A DNA stretch of 62,157 bases from a virus (lineage: Duplodnaviria; Caudoviricetes): the IMG/VR virus record IMGVR_UViG_3300027833_000049, positions 1 to 62,157 of that record; one strand, 5' to 3'. Each line of letters starts with the position of its first letter. Within the stretch, counting starts at the first letter, position 1. A model generated the notes under the pieces. The model was not told the DNA's origin and made no database searches. It saw only the letters and a list, made by a program, of their open reading frames with translations. Below, piece after piece: positions 54,840 to 62,157 of the stretch. A program made the translations under genes and the position numbers.

Positions 54840-56641
54840 TGGCAAAGAAAGAATATTTAGGAATACAAATAGATTATGCAAGAGACTCCTTGTTTGATAA
54901 ACTCGGCGTAGCTCGTTTACAAGAAAGTTATATGCGTGAAGATGAAACTTCACCGCAAGAAAGATTTGCACATGTGAGCAATAAATTCAGTAGCAATCCT
55001 GAACACGCTCAACGACTCTATGATTATAGCAGTAAACATTGGTTATCGTATTCTACTCCTATTCTTTCATTCGGGCGATCTACTAAAGGAATGCCCATCT
55101 CATGTTTTTTAAATTACATAAATGATACAGCAGAGGGTCTCGTTGAAAATCTTTCTGAAACAAATTGGTTATCTATGCTTGGCGGGGGCGTTGGGATTGG
55201 TTTTGGTATCCGTAGCTCCGATGATAAGTCTGTGGGTGTTATGCCTCATCTCAAGACTTACGATGCATCGTGCCTCGCATATCGCCAAGGACGCACTCGC
55301 CGCGGCTCTTACGCTACTTACTTGGATATTTCTCACCCAGACGTTTTAATGTATCTGGAGATGAGAAAGCCTACTGGTGATCCAAATGTTCGCTGTCTGA
55401 ATCTACATCACGGTATCAACATCTCAGATAGGTTCATGGAACTAATTGAACGAGCAATGACCGATCCTAACGCAGATGATGGGTGGAATCTTATTGACCC
55501 TCACTCAGGTGTAATCAGAGAAACAGTATCAGCTAAATCACTTTGGCAAAAGATTCTTGAACTACGAATGGAAACAGGTGAACCTTACGTTCACTTTATT
55601 GATACTAGTAACCGACACTTACCTGAGTGGCAGAAAGAATTGGGACTCAAAGTACATCAATCAAACCTGTGTTCAGAAATAATTTTACCAACTAATAAAG
55701 ATAGAACAGCCGTTTGCTGTCTTTCTTCTGTAAATCTAGAGTACTATGATGCTTGGAGCAAGAACGGCTTATTCTTAAAAGATATGGCTGAAATGCTAGA
55801 CAATGTATTACAGTATTTTATTGACAATGCCCCTGATCAGGTAGCACGAGCTAAATTCTCAGCAACTCGTGAAAGAAGTATTGGTGTCGGTGCATTAGGC
55901 TTTCACGCTTATCTACAAAGCAAGAATATTCCTTGGGAAAGTGCAATAGCCAAGGGTACTAATCTGAGAATGTTTAAACACATACGAGGAAAACTTGATG
56001 TCGCAAATACAGAACTCGCAGAAGAAAGAGGAGAAGCTCCAGACGCTAAAGGAAGAGGCAAGCGATTTAGCCACGTCATGGCGATTGCTCCCAATGCGTC
56101 TAGTAGTATTATTATGGGGAACACTTCGCCTAGCATTGAACCTTTTAGGGCTAATGCTTACCGCCAAGATACATTATCTGGAGCTTTTCTTAATAAAAAT
56201 AAGTATCTTGTGGAGCTTATTAAAAATAAGATTGAAACTGGGGCGACTAAACAGGCAGAAGACGAAATCTGGTCCTCAGTAATATCAAACGACGGATCAG
56301 TACAACACTTAAACTTCCTCGATGCTTGGGAGAAAGATGTTTTCAAAACATCAATGGAAATAGATCAGAGATGGGTGATAGAACACGCTGCAACTAGACA
56401 AGAGTTTATTGACCAAGCACAATCACTCAATCTGTTCTTCCGACCAGACTCTAATATTAAGTATTTACATGCTATTCACTACATGGCATGGAAGCAGGGA
56501 TTGAAAACACTTTACTATTGCCGATCAGAAAAGCTAGGTAAAGCAGATAAAGTATCTAACAAAATAGAAAGGCAGATTATCAAAGAAATTGATATGACTT
56601 CTCTTGTGAACGATGACACTTGTTTGGCATGTGAAGGCTAA
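54839..56641 (+). CDS. nrdA: Class I ribonucleotide reductase alpha subunit (no ATP cone evident)
   Basis: ISCF, SNLCSEI, APNASSS, KTLYY and C-terminal CLACEG motifs. Confidence 0.96.
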   Translation: MAKKEYLGIQIDYARDSLFDKLGVARLQESYMREDETSPQERFAHVSNKFSSNPEHAQRLYDYSSKHWLSYSTPILSFGRSTKGMPISCFLNYINDTAEGLVENLSETNWLSMLGGGVGIGFGIRSSDDKSVGVMPHLKTYDASCLAYRQGRTRRGSYATYLDISHPDVLMYLEMRKPTGDPNVRCLNLHHGINISDRFMELIERAMTDPNADDGWNLIDPHSGVIRETVSAKSLWQKILELRMETGEPYVHFIDTSNRHLPEWQKELGLKVHQSNLCSEIILPTNKDRTAVCCLSSVNLEYYDAWSKNGLFLKDMAEMLDNVLQYFIDNAPDQVARAKFSATRERSIGVGALGFHAYLQSKNIPWESAIAKGTNLRMFKHIRGKLDVANTELAEERGEAPDAKGRGKRFSHVMAIAPNASSSIIMGNTSPSIEPFRANAYRQDTLSGAFLNKNKYLVELIKNKIETGATKQAEDEIWSSVISNDGSVQHLNFLDAWEKDVFKTSMEIDQRWVIEHAATRQEFIDQAQSLNLFFRPDSNIKYLHAIHYMAWKQGLKTLYYCRSEKLGKADKVSNKIERQIIKEIDMTSLVNDDTCLACEG

Positions 56642-56669
56642 CTAAGAACAAAAATAAGGTAAAGATTTA

Positions 56670-57650
56670 ATGGCAAAAGAAAAATTAAAACTCCAAGACG
56701 AACGAGCTACGTTCAAACCTTTCAACTATCCTTGGGCATACGATGCTTGGATAAAACATGAGCAGTCTCATTGGCTTCATACAGAAGTACCGATGAATGA
56801 AGATGTTAATGATTGGAAAAGTAAACTAAATGAAGCTGAGAAGGGGTTTCTTACTAACATTTTTAGATTCTTTACTCAGGGTGACATTGATGTTGCGGGT
56901 GGGTATGTAAATAATTACTTGCCACACTTTCCGCAACCTGAAGTCCGTATGATGTTAATGGGATTTGCAGCAAGAGAAGCACTACATGTTGCAGCATACT
57001 CTCACCTAATCGAAACTCTAGGTATGCCTGAGTCAACGTATAATGAGTTTCTTGAATATGAAGCGATGGCTAATAAGCATGAATACTTTTTAGATTTGTC
57101 TAATGATACACAAGACAAAACAACCATAGCAACTAACATTGCAGCCTTCTCAGCATTCACTGAAGGTATGCAGTTGTTCTCTTCATTCATTATGTTGTTG
57201 AATTTCCCACGACATGGTAAGATGAAAGGCATGGGGCAAATTATTACTTGGTCTATTGTTGATGAAACTATGCATGCCGAGTCCATGATTAAATTGTTCC
57301 GTGAGTACATTGAAGAGAACCTTAATATCTGGAACGATGATCTAAAAGGCAAGATATATGCTATTGCTGAAAGAATGGTAGAGCTTGAAGACAAGTTTAT
57401 TGACTTAGCATTTACACTAGGTGACATGGAAAACTTATCAGCAGATGATGTTAAAAAGTATATCCGATACATATGTGACCGAAGACTGATTAGCTTAGGT
57501 CTCAAAGGCATCTTTAAAGTGAAGAAGAATCCTCTCCTGTGGGTCGAGGAAATGATTAATGCTCCTACTCACACAAACTTTTTTGAAAATAAGGTGACTG
57601 ATTACAGTAAAGGTGCTATAAGCGGCGATTGGGGTGATGTTTGGGCATGA
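56670..57650 (+). CDS. nrdB: Class I ribonucleotide reductase beta subunit
   Basis: FTQGD, EALHVAAY, TEGMQLFSSF, DETMH and NFFE motifs. Confidence 0.96.
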   Translation: MAKEKLKLQDERATFKPFNYPWAYDAWIKHEQSHWLHTEVPMNEDVNDWKSKLNEAEKGFLTNIFRFFTQGDIDVAGGYVNNYLPHFPQPEVRMMLMGFAAREALHVAAYSHLIETLGMPESTYNEFLEYEAMANKHEYFLDLSNDTQDKTTIATNIAAFSAFTEGMQLFSSFIMLLNFPRHGKMKGMGQIITWSIVDETMHAESMIKLFREYIEENLNIWNDDLKGKIYAIAERMVELEDKFIDLAFTLGDMENLSADDVKKYIRYICDRRLISLGLKGIFKVKKNPLLWVEEMINAPTHTNFFENKVTDYSKGAISGDWGDVWA

Positions 57651-58087
57651 AGCCAAAATTTATAAAATACTTTGCTAAGATAGCAGAAGAGACTGCAAAA
57701 TTATCTACTGCTAAAAAGCTGCAAGTGGGGTGTGTCATTGTAAAAGATAATAGAATTCTTTCTATTGGTTACAATGGCACACCTGCAGGATGGGACAACG
57801 CATGTGAAGAAATTGTTCCACCGAACGAGTGGGTTGATTATGAGCAACTGAAAACCAAGCCAGAGGTAATACATGCAGAGAGAAATGCTCTTGATAAAGT
57901 AGCCAAGAGTACAGAATCAACGGATGGTGCAGTACTTTTTGTCACTCATACTCCTTGCATCGAGTGTGCGAAAAGTATTTACAATACTGGCATTACAAAA
58001 GTTTACTATATAAATGACTATGATGCCACTCAGGGATGTGGCAAAAACTTTTTAGAGAAAGCCGGAGTATTAGTATGTCCAGTATAA
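57647..58087 (+). CDS. cd: dCMP deaminase
   Basis: GYNGTP, HAERNA and PCIEC motifs. Confidence 0.92.
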   Translation: MKPKFIKYFAKIAEETAKLSTAKKLQVGCVIVKDNRILSIGYNGTPAGWDNACEEIVPPNEWVDYEQLKTKPEVIHAERNALDKVAKSTESTDGAVLFVTHTPCIECAKSIYNTGITKVYYINDYDATQGCGKNFLEKAGVLVCPV

Positions 58088-58260
58088 TAATAAAAAAAAC
58101 AGTGGAATGCGAAGAGTGTGAAGCAGAATACAAAGTCCGTCACGATATGTCTGACAGGCATTATGTCGTGACTTTTTGTTCTTTTTGTGGTACAGAGTTA
58201 GAGATTGAAACGACACTTGATGACTTTATAGATGAAGATGAAATAGAGGAAGATTGGTAA
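58075..58260 (+). CDS. Zn-ribbon protein
   Basis: CEEC...CSFC and an acidic tail. Confidence 0.7.
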   Translation: MSSIIIKKTVECEECEAEYKVRHDMSDRHYVVTFCSFCGTELEIETTLDDFIDEDEIEEDW

Positions 58261-58469
58261 TGGCACAAGGACAATGGGCTGGCGGTAAAGGAAGTGCCCA
58301 ACGCAAAGTAGACAAGAAAAAGTACAGCGATAACTGGGATGCAATCTTCAGTAAAAAGTCTGATACGGATCTAAAATTTACGACTGCTGAAGACTTTATA
58401 AATAGTACACTTGATAATGAAGGTGTACTTGATGGCAGTTGTAAAGAAGAAGACGAAGAAGAAACCTAA
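58260..58469 (+). CDS. Hypothetical protein
   Basis: GGKGSAQR...YSDNWDAIF motif. Confidence 0.6.
   Translation: MAQGQWAGGKGSAQRKVDKKKYSDNWDAIFSKKSDTDLKFTTAEDFINSTLDNEGVLDGSCKEEDEEET
58397..58404 (+). promoter_or_regulatory. T4-type late promoter
   Basis: TATAAATA 27 nt before the ATG at 58432. Confidence 0.55.
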
Positions 58470-58788
58470 GGAAAAACAAATTCACCGAGTGTATGTTACA
58501 TACTTTCCAAATGGTGATTATTACATAGGGTATTCTGGAAAAACTCAGAAGCTCTATGAAAAATACTATGGTAGCTCAAAGTATGTCCTAGAATATGAAG
58601 GACAACTTGACAAAGAAACTATAGCGGAATATGAAAAAAAATCTCATGCAAAAATGTGTGAGTTTTTATTACAATGGCAGCAGAGAAAAGATCCTAAATG
58701 TTTGAACTCGATGTTAAACATCAGGTTGAACAAGGAGCCTCTGGCCACTTTTGAACCTATAGAATGGAGTCCGAGATGTTCTTTATAG
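58432..58788 (+). CDS. Short GIY-YIG-like nuclease
   Basis: VYVTY...YYIGY, YYGSS and E...LN motifs. Confidence 0.65.
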   Translation: MAVVKKKTKKKPKEKQIHRVYVTYFPNGDYYIGYSGKTQKLYEKYYGSSKYVLEYEGQLDKETIAEYEKKSHAKMCEFLLQWQQRKDPKCLNSMLNIRLNKEPLATFEPIEWSPRCSL

Positions 58789-59879
58789 TACTATTAATAA
58801 CTTCTGCCCTTGCAGTATCTGCGGTAGCTGGATATTTTTCTATTGTAGGACTTGTAGCAATATTCCCCTCGGCCGAAACTCCTATCCTTGCAATGGGTAT
58901 TGTCTTAGAAGTGGCTAAACTAGTCACCGCCTCTTGGATATATCGTAATTGGACAACAACCAACGCCCTCTTGCGTACATACTTCACCTCAGCAGTTATC
59001 ATACTTAGCGTTATTACCTCACTAGGAATCTTTGGGTTCTTGTCCAAAGCACACCTTGAACACAGCGTCCTCACGGGTGATAATACTTTGTTAGTCGAAA
59101 GACTTGATAGAAGAATATCGTCCGAGCAGCGAGCAATTGATGACGCTGAGTCTGTTATAAGTCAGCTAGATCAATCAGTACAGACTCTAATGAATTATGA
59201 TAGGATACGAGGCGCTGACGGCGCCATTGCTGTTCGTCAGGGACAGGCAGCTGAACGGCAGCAACTTAACACAGTAATAACTCAATCTGTAAATAATATT
59301 GATTCTTTCTCGGAAGAAAAGTTGATACTAGAAAAAGACCAACTTGCAATTGAAGTTGAAGTGGGTCCAATAAAATATATCGCTGAAATGATTTACGGTA
59401 GTTCGGACAAAGAAACTATTGATAAAGCAGTACAGATTGTAATAATATTGTTAATATTAGTTTTTGACCCATTGGCTATTCTTTTAGTTATTGCAGCTAA
59501 CATGAGCTTGAAACAGCGGCGTGGTGAAAGTATAGCATTTATTTCGGAAAAAGATTTGGAGAAGTCTGAAGATTTTAATCTTGAAACCGAAAGTGAAGAT
59601 GAAGTAGAGACAGAGATGGCAGAGATGCCAGAGATGACAGAAATTTCTGAGATAGTTGAATTGTTAAAACCCGAACTCGAAGAAGAACCAGAAGTAATAC
59701 CAGAGCCTAAGCCAGTAGTTCGCCGCCGAAAGCGGGCAGAAGCAGTACCTGAGTTAGAGCCTGAGCCAGAGCCGGAAAATCCTAATATGGTTATCACTGA
59801 TGACGATATGCAACATGTTCAACGGCTTGATAGAAGGGTTCGGAGAAAGTTAGAATGGCTCATTGATAAGAAAAGTTAA
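58776..59879 (+). CDS. Multi-TM membrane protein with a coiled coil and acidic Pro-rich tail
   Basis: Three N-terminal TMs, EVGPIKY, FDPLAILL TM and an EP-rich tail. Confidence 0.75.
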   Translation: MFFIVLLITSALAVSAVAGYFSIVGLVAIFPSAETPILAMGIVLEVAKLVTASWIYRNWTTTNALLRTYFTSAVIILSVITSLGIFGFLSKAHLEHSVLTGDNTLLVERLDRRISSEQRAIDDAESVISQLDQSVQTLMNYDRIRGADGAIAVRQGQAAERQQLNTVITQSVNNIDSFSEEKLILEKDQLAIEVEVGPIKYIAEMIYGSSDKETIDKAVQIVIILLILVFDPLAILLVIAANMSLKQRRGESIAFISEKDLEKSEDFNLETESEDEVETEMAEMPEMTEISEIVELLKPELEEEPEVIPEPKPVVRRRKRAEAVPELEPEPEPENPNMVITDDDMQHVQRLDRRVRRKLEWLIDKKS

Positions 59880-59889
59880 GTACCACGCA

Positions 59890-60133
59890 ATATAGTTTTG
59901 GAATTGAAGTAAAGGAGTAATACCAGAACCGGAAGTAACCGAAGTAACCGAAGAGGGAATAATCCCAGAATCAGATTATGAAGTAATACCGGGGATAAAA
60001 ATAGAAGTAGTACCGGATAAAAATCTTGAAGATATGATTATGACTGATGACGATATGCAACATGTTCAACGTTAAGTAGACTGCTGTTGCAGTCTAGATA
60101 GACAGAAGAGTACGGCTTAAATTAGAATTTCTC
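59890..60133 (+). pseudogene. Degenerate duplicate of the 3' end of the upstream membrane-protein gene
   Basis: 29-nt exact repeat (59796-59824 vs 60043-60071); reads VIPEP...TDDDMQHVQR*, then DRRVRLKLEFL vs DRRVRRKLEWL; no clear start. Confidence 0.7.
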
Positions 60134-60151
60134 TAATTTTTTATTTTTTGC

Positions 60152-60181
60152 TTGACAAGGAGATACATTGTATGCTATTAT
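60152..60181 (+). promoter_or_regulatory. Sigma70-type promoter
   Basis: TTGACA-18-TATTAT with TGn. Confidence 0.55.
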
Positions 60182-60206
60182 TATTACATGTTTTTAGTGA
60201 AAGTAA

Positions 60207-60758
60207 GTGAAGGTAACTGTCATAGGTAACGGAATTTCTAGAACACCAATTCCTTTACATAAAATACCGGGCGTGACAGTCGGATGTAACGAAGTTTACA
60301 AAGAAATGACTCCAAATTATCTTTGTGCAGTAGACTATGTAATGTTATACGAATTGCACGAAAGCAATTACAAAGGACCAGTTTGTTTCAGATTTAAAAG
60401 TTTGAACTTACAGGGACTTAAACCGAAGAGAGATTGGTTTTGTCCTAACTTTATGGATCATAATAGCAGCGGTCATGCTGCCATAGAGTTAGCGGCAGGA
60501 CTAGATGCCACTGAAATTGATATTTTAGGATTTGATTGCCAAGTAGGAAGAGTGTACGGAGAACACACTCCTCCTTCTAGCTTTCAGAGATGGGTCGATA
60601 CTTTGATACATCAGGCAGACAAGTATCCGGTCAGAAGAATAGTAGGTGAAAACAGTTTAGACATACCTGAAATAAAAAACACGATTAGTGTGCAAGATTA
60701 TATTAATGAACTAGAAAGGAAATTACATTATGGCGATATATCATCCAGAAAGAAATGA
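60207..60758 (+). CDS. Rossmann-like protein (sialyltransferase/MptE-like)
   Basis: VIGNGISR, GCN, AVD and SSGHAA...ILGFD motifs. Confidence 0.6.
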   Translation: MKVTVIGNGISRTPIPLHKIPGVTVGCNEVYKEMTPNYLCAVDYVMLYELHESNYKGPVCFRFKSLNLQGLKPKRDWFCPNFMDHNSSGHAAIELAAGLDATEIDILGFDCQVGRVYGEHTPPSSFQRWVDTLIHQADKYPVRRIVGENSLDIPEIKNTISVQDYINELERKLHYGDISSRKK

Positions 60759-61020
60759 ATTGAATTGGCAAGGTACTGTAGTTGACTACCTAACACGTTA
60801 CGAGTGCGAAGTACAGTTTGAAAAGGCTGACGGAACAATTCGTGACATGCAGTGTACTCTACAAGATTCTATAGTACCAGCCACAAAAGGCACTGGGTCG
60901 GATCATAAAGCAGGTATTATTACTGTCTTTGATACTAAAGTCCAAGGCTGGAGAACAATAAAGTTCGATAAAATCATTGAGTTTAAAGTACAAAATGAAT
61001 ATATTCGGTCTCCGAATTAA
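60730..61020 (+). CDS. WYL/SH3-like small protein
   Basis: FEKADGTIRDM...VFD...GWRTIKFD pattern. Confidence 0.65.
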   Translation: MAIYHPERNELNWQGTVVDYLTRYECEVQFEKADGTIRDMQCTLQDSIVPATKGTGSDHKAGIITVFDTKVQGWRTIKFDKIIEFKVQNEYIRSPN

Positions 61021-61023
61021 TGC

Positions 61024-61052
61024 TTGACAAGTCATGTTGCTCCTGTTATAAT
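61024..61052 (+). promoter_or_regulatory. Sigma70 promoter
   Basis: Exact TTGACA-17-TATAAT with TGn. Confidence 0.8.
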
Positions 61053-61084
61053 TAGTACTATAATATAAATGAAGGAGTCCTCCA

Positions 61085-62157
61085 ATGGCAAAACGTTCAC
61101 GTAGTACACATGTTCTTCCGGAACCTAATTGGAAAGAATATAAACAATATACTGACGAGAGCAAACGTGAGGTAGCGTTTAGCTCTTGTGAGTATTTCGT
61201 ACATTATGAAGTTCCAGATAAGTCTGGTGTTCCTCATCTAAAGAAATGGATGAAGGAAAACTATCCTGCCGATGATGTTAAAGTTATCGCTAAGTTGCCT
61301 GACTCAGCATTGCACTCATTTGCAAAGTACGCTTATGTGTGGTCTAAATTGGGCTACATGACAGAAAAGCACACAGAGTTCCTAATGAACCTGCGACCTA
61401 TTCTAGTCGATAAAGGTAACGCTTTTGTTGCTGATAAGGAAGAGGCACCCGCAGTAAAGTTGTCAGTTGTTCGCAACAATCTTCCAGACTTTATTGATTC
61501 AGTAGAGGACGCATTTCATCATGTGATTTCTGGGCAGAATGTAAAGGTAGAGTCTCTGATAGATGCAAGTAAACTATCAGCACCCGAATTGTCAAAAGCA
61601 TACACAGAGATTGATGTTCTTGCATCAGAGTTCCGTGAGGTATTGGCACTACGCAATAAGGCTGAATTAGGTGATTGGGATCAACAATTGGTAGATGGTT
61701 ACTCTCATGTTAAACTACCTATGCTAAAAAAGTTAGTAGACTTTGCAGCACAGTTACAAACTGGCTTGCTTGAAACAAAACAGTCTAAGAAGATTGTACG
61801 CATTCGCCGTAAGAAGCCTACTGATAAAACTAAACTAGTACGCAAGTTAAAGTTCATGGCAGAGTATAAAGAACTTAATCTTAAAAGTGCTAATCCTGTT
61901 GACATCATAGGTGCATCTGAAGTATGGGTGTATGATGTCAAGCGCAAGAAGATAGGCGTATATGCATCTGACTACGAAGGTACTCTAGGTGTGAAAGGTA
62001 CCAGTATAGATAATTATTCTGATGCTAAATCTTATGAGAAAACATTACGCAAGCCTGAACTACAACTGCCAGAGTTTATGGCAGCTAGGAAGAATGGCTT
62101 GCATAAATTTGTTGACAGTGTACGAGGCAAGAAGCTCTCTGCACGAAAGCGTCTACT
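61085..62157 (+). CDS. Hypothetical protein, truncated by the window end
   Basis: AAGGAG SD; frame open from MAKRSRSTH to the end of the window; absent from the ORF track because it has no stop. Confidence 0.75.
   Translation, partial: MAKRSRSTHVLPEPNWKEYKQYTDESKREVAFSSCEYFVHYEVPDKSGVPHLKKWMKENYPADDVKVIAKLPDSALHSFAKYAYVWSKLGYMTEKHTEFLMNLRPILVDKGNAFVADKEEAPAVKLSVVRNNLPDFIDSVEDAFHHVISGQNVKVESLIDASKLSAPELSKAYTEIDVLASEFREVLALRNKAELGDWDQQLVDGYSHVKLPMLKKLVDFAAQLQTGLLETKQSKKIVRIRRKKPTDKTKLVRKLKFMAEYKELNLKSANPVDIIGASEVWVYDVKRKKIGVYASDYEGTLGVKGTSIDNYSDAKSYEKTLRKPELQLPEFMAARKNGLHKFVDSVRGKKLSARKRL

Noticed and set aside
57002-57511. 169-aa minus-strand ORF
   Set aside because: Antisense shadow of nrdB.
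1-62157. tRNA, rRNA, CRISPR array, integrase or transposase
   Set aside because: None recognised by eye; intergenic gaps are short and mostly explained by promoters and terminators. tRNAscan/Infernal were not run.

Overview
This window is a 62-kb segment of a T4-like myovirus genome, probably marine, and all supported genes lie on the + strand. It runs from the head module (gp21, gp22, gp23) through gp3, uvsY, uvsW, gp55, gp47/46, gp45/44/62, regA, gp43, uvsX and gp41, then a late block (internal head, lysis and structural proteins), and finally gp61, thyX, nrdAB and dCMP deaminase. T4-type late promoters (TATAAATA) and many near-consensus sigma70 promoters are visible. Two accessory systems stand out. 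(1) Directly after gp23, behind its own late promoter, is an operon with two signal-peptide-bearing heme c / copper type II (PHM/DBH-like) monooxygenases, an unannotated small lipoprotein and a monoheme cytochrome c. (2) A 7-deazaguanine DNA-modification cluster (queE, PRTase, folE, dpdA/TGT-like, dpdL-like, queD, no queC) has a glycosyltransferase and galE embedded in it. Other observations: a phage-borne restriction-modification-like pair, a His-rich ligase-like plus HIGH-nucleotidyltransferase pair with capsid-targeting-like motifs, phased IHF-like boxes before early promoters, anti-SD arms inside promoter spacers, an antisense promoter and probable leaderless late mRNAs. All calls come from reading motifs by eye; no database searches were run.
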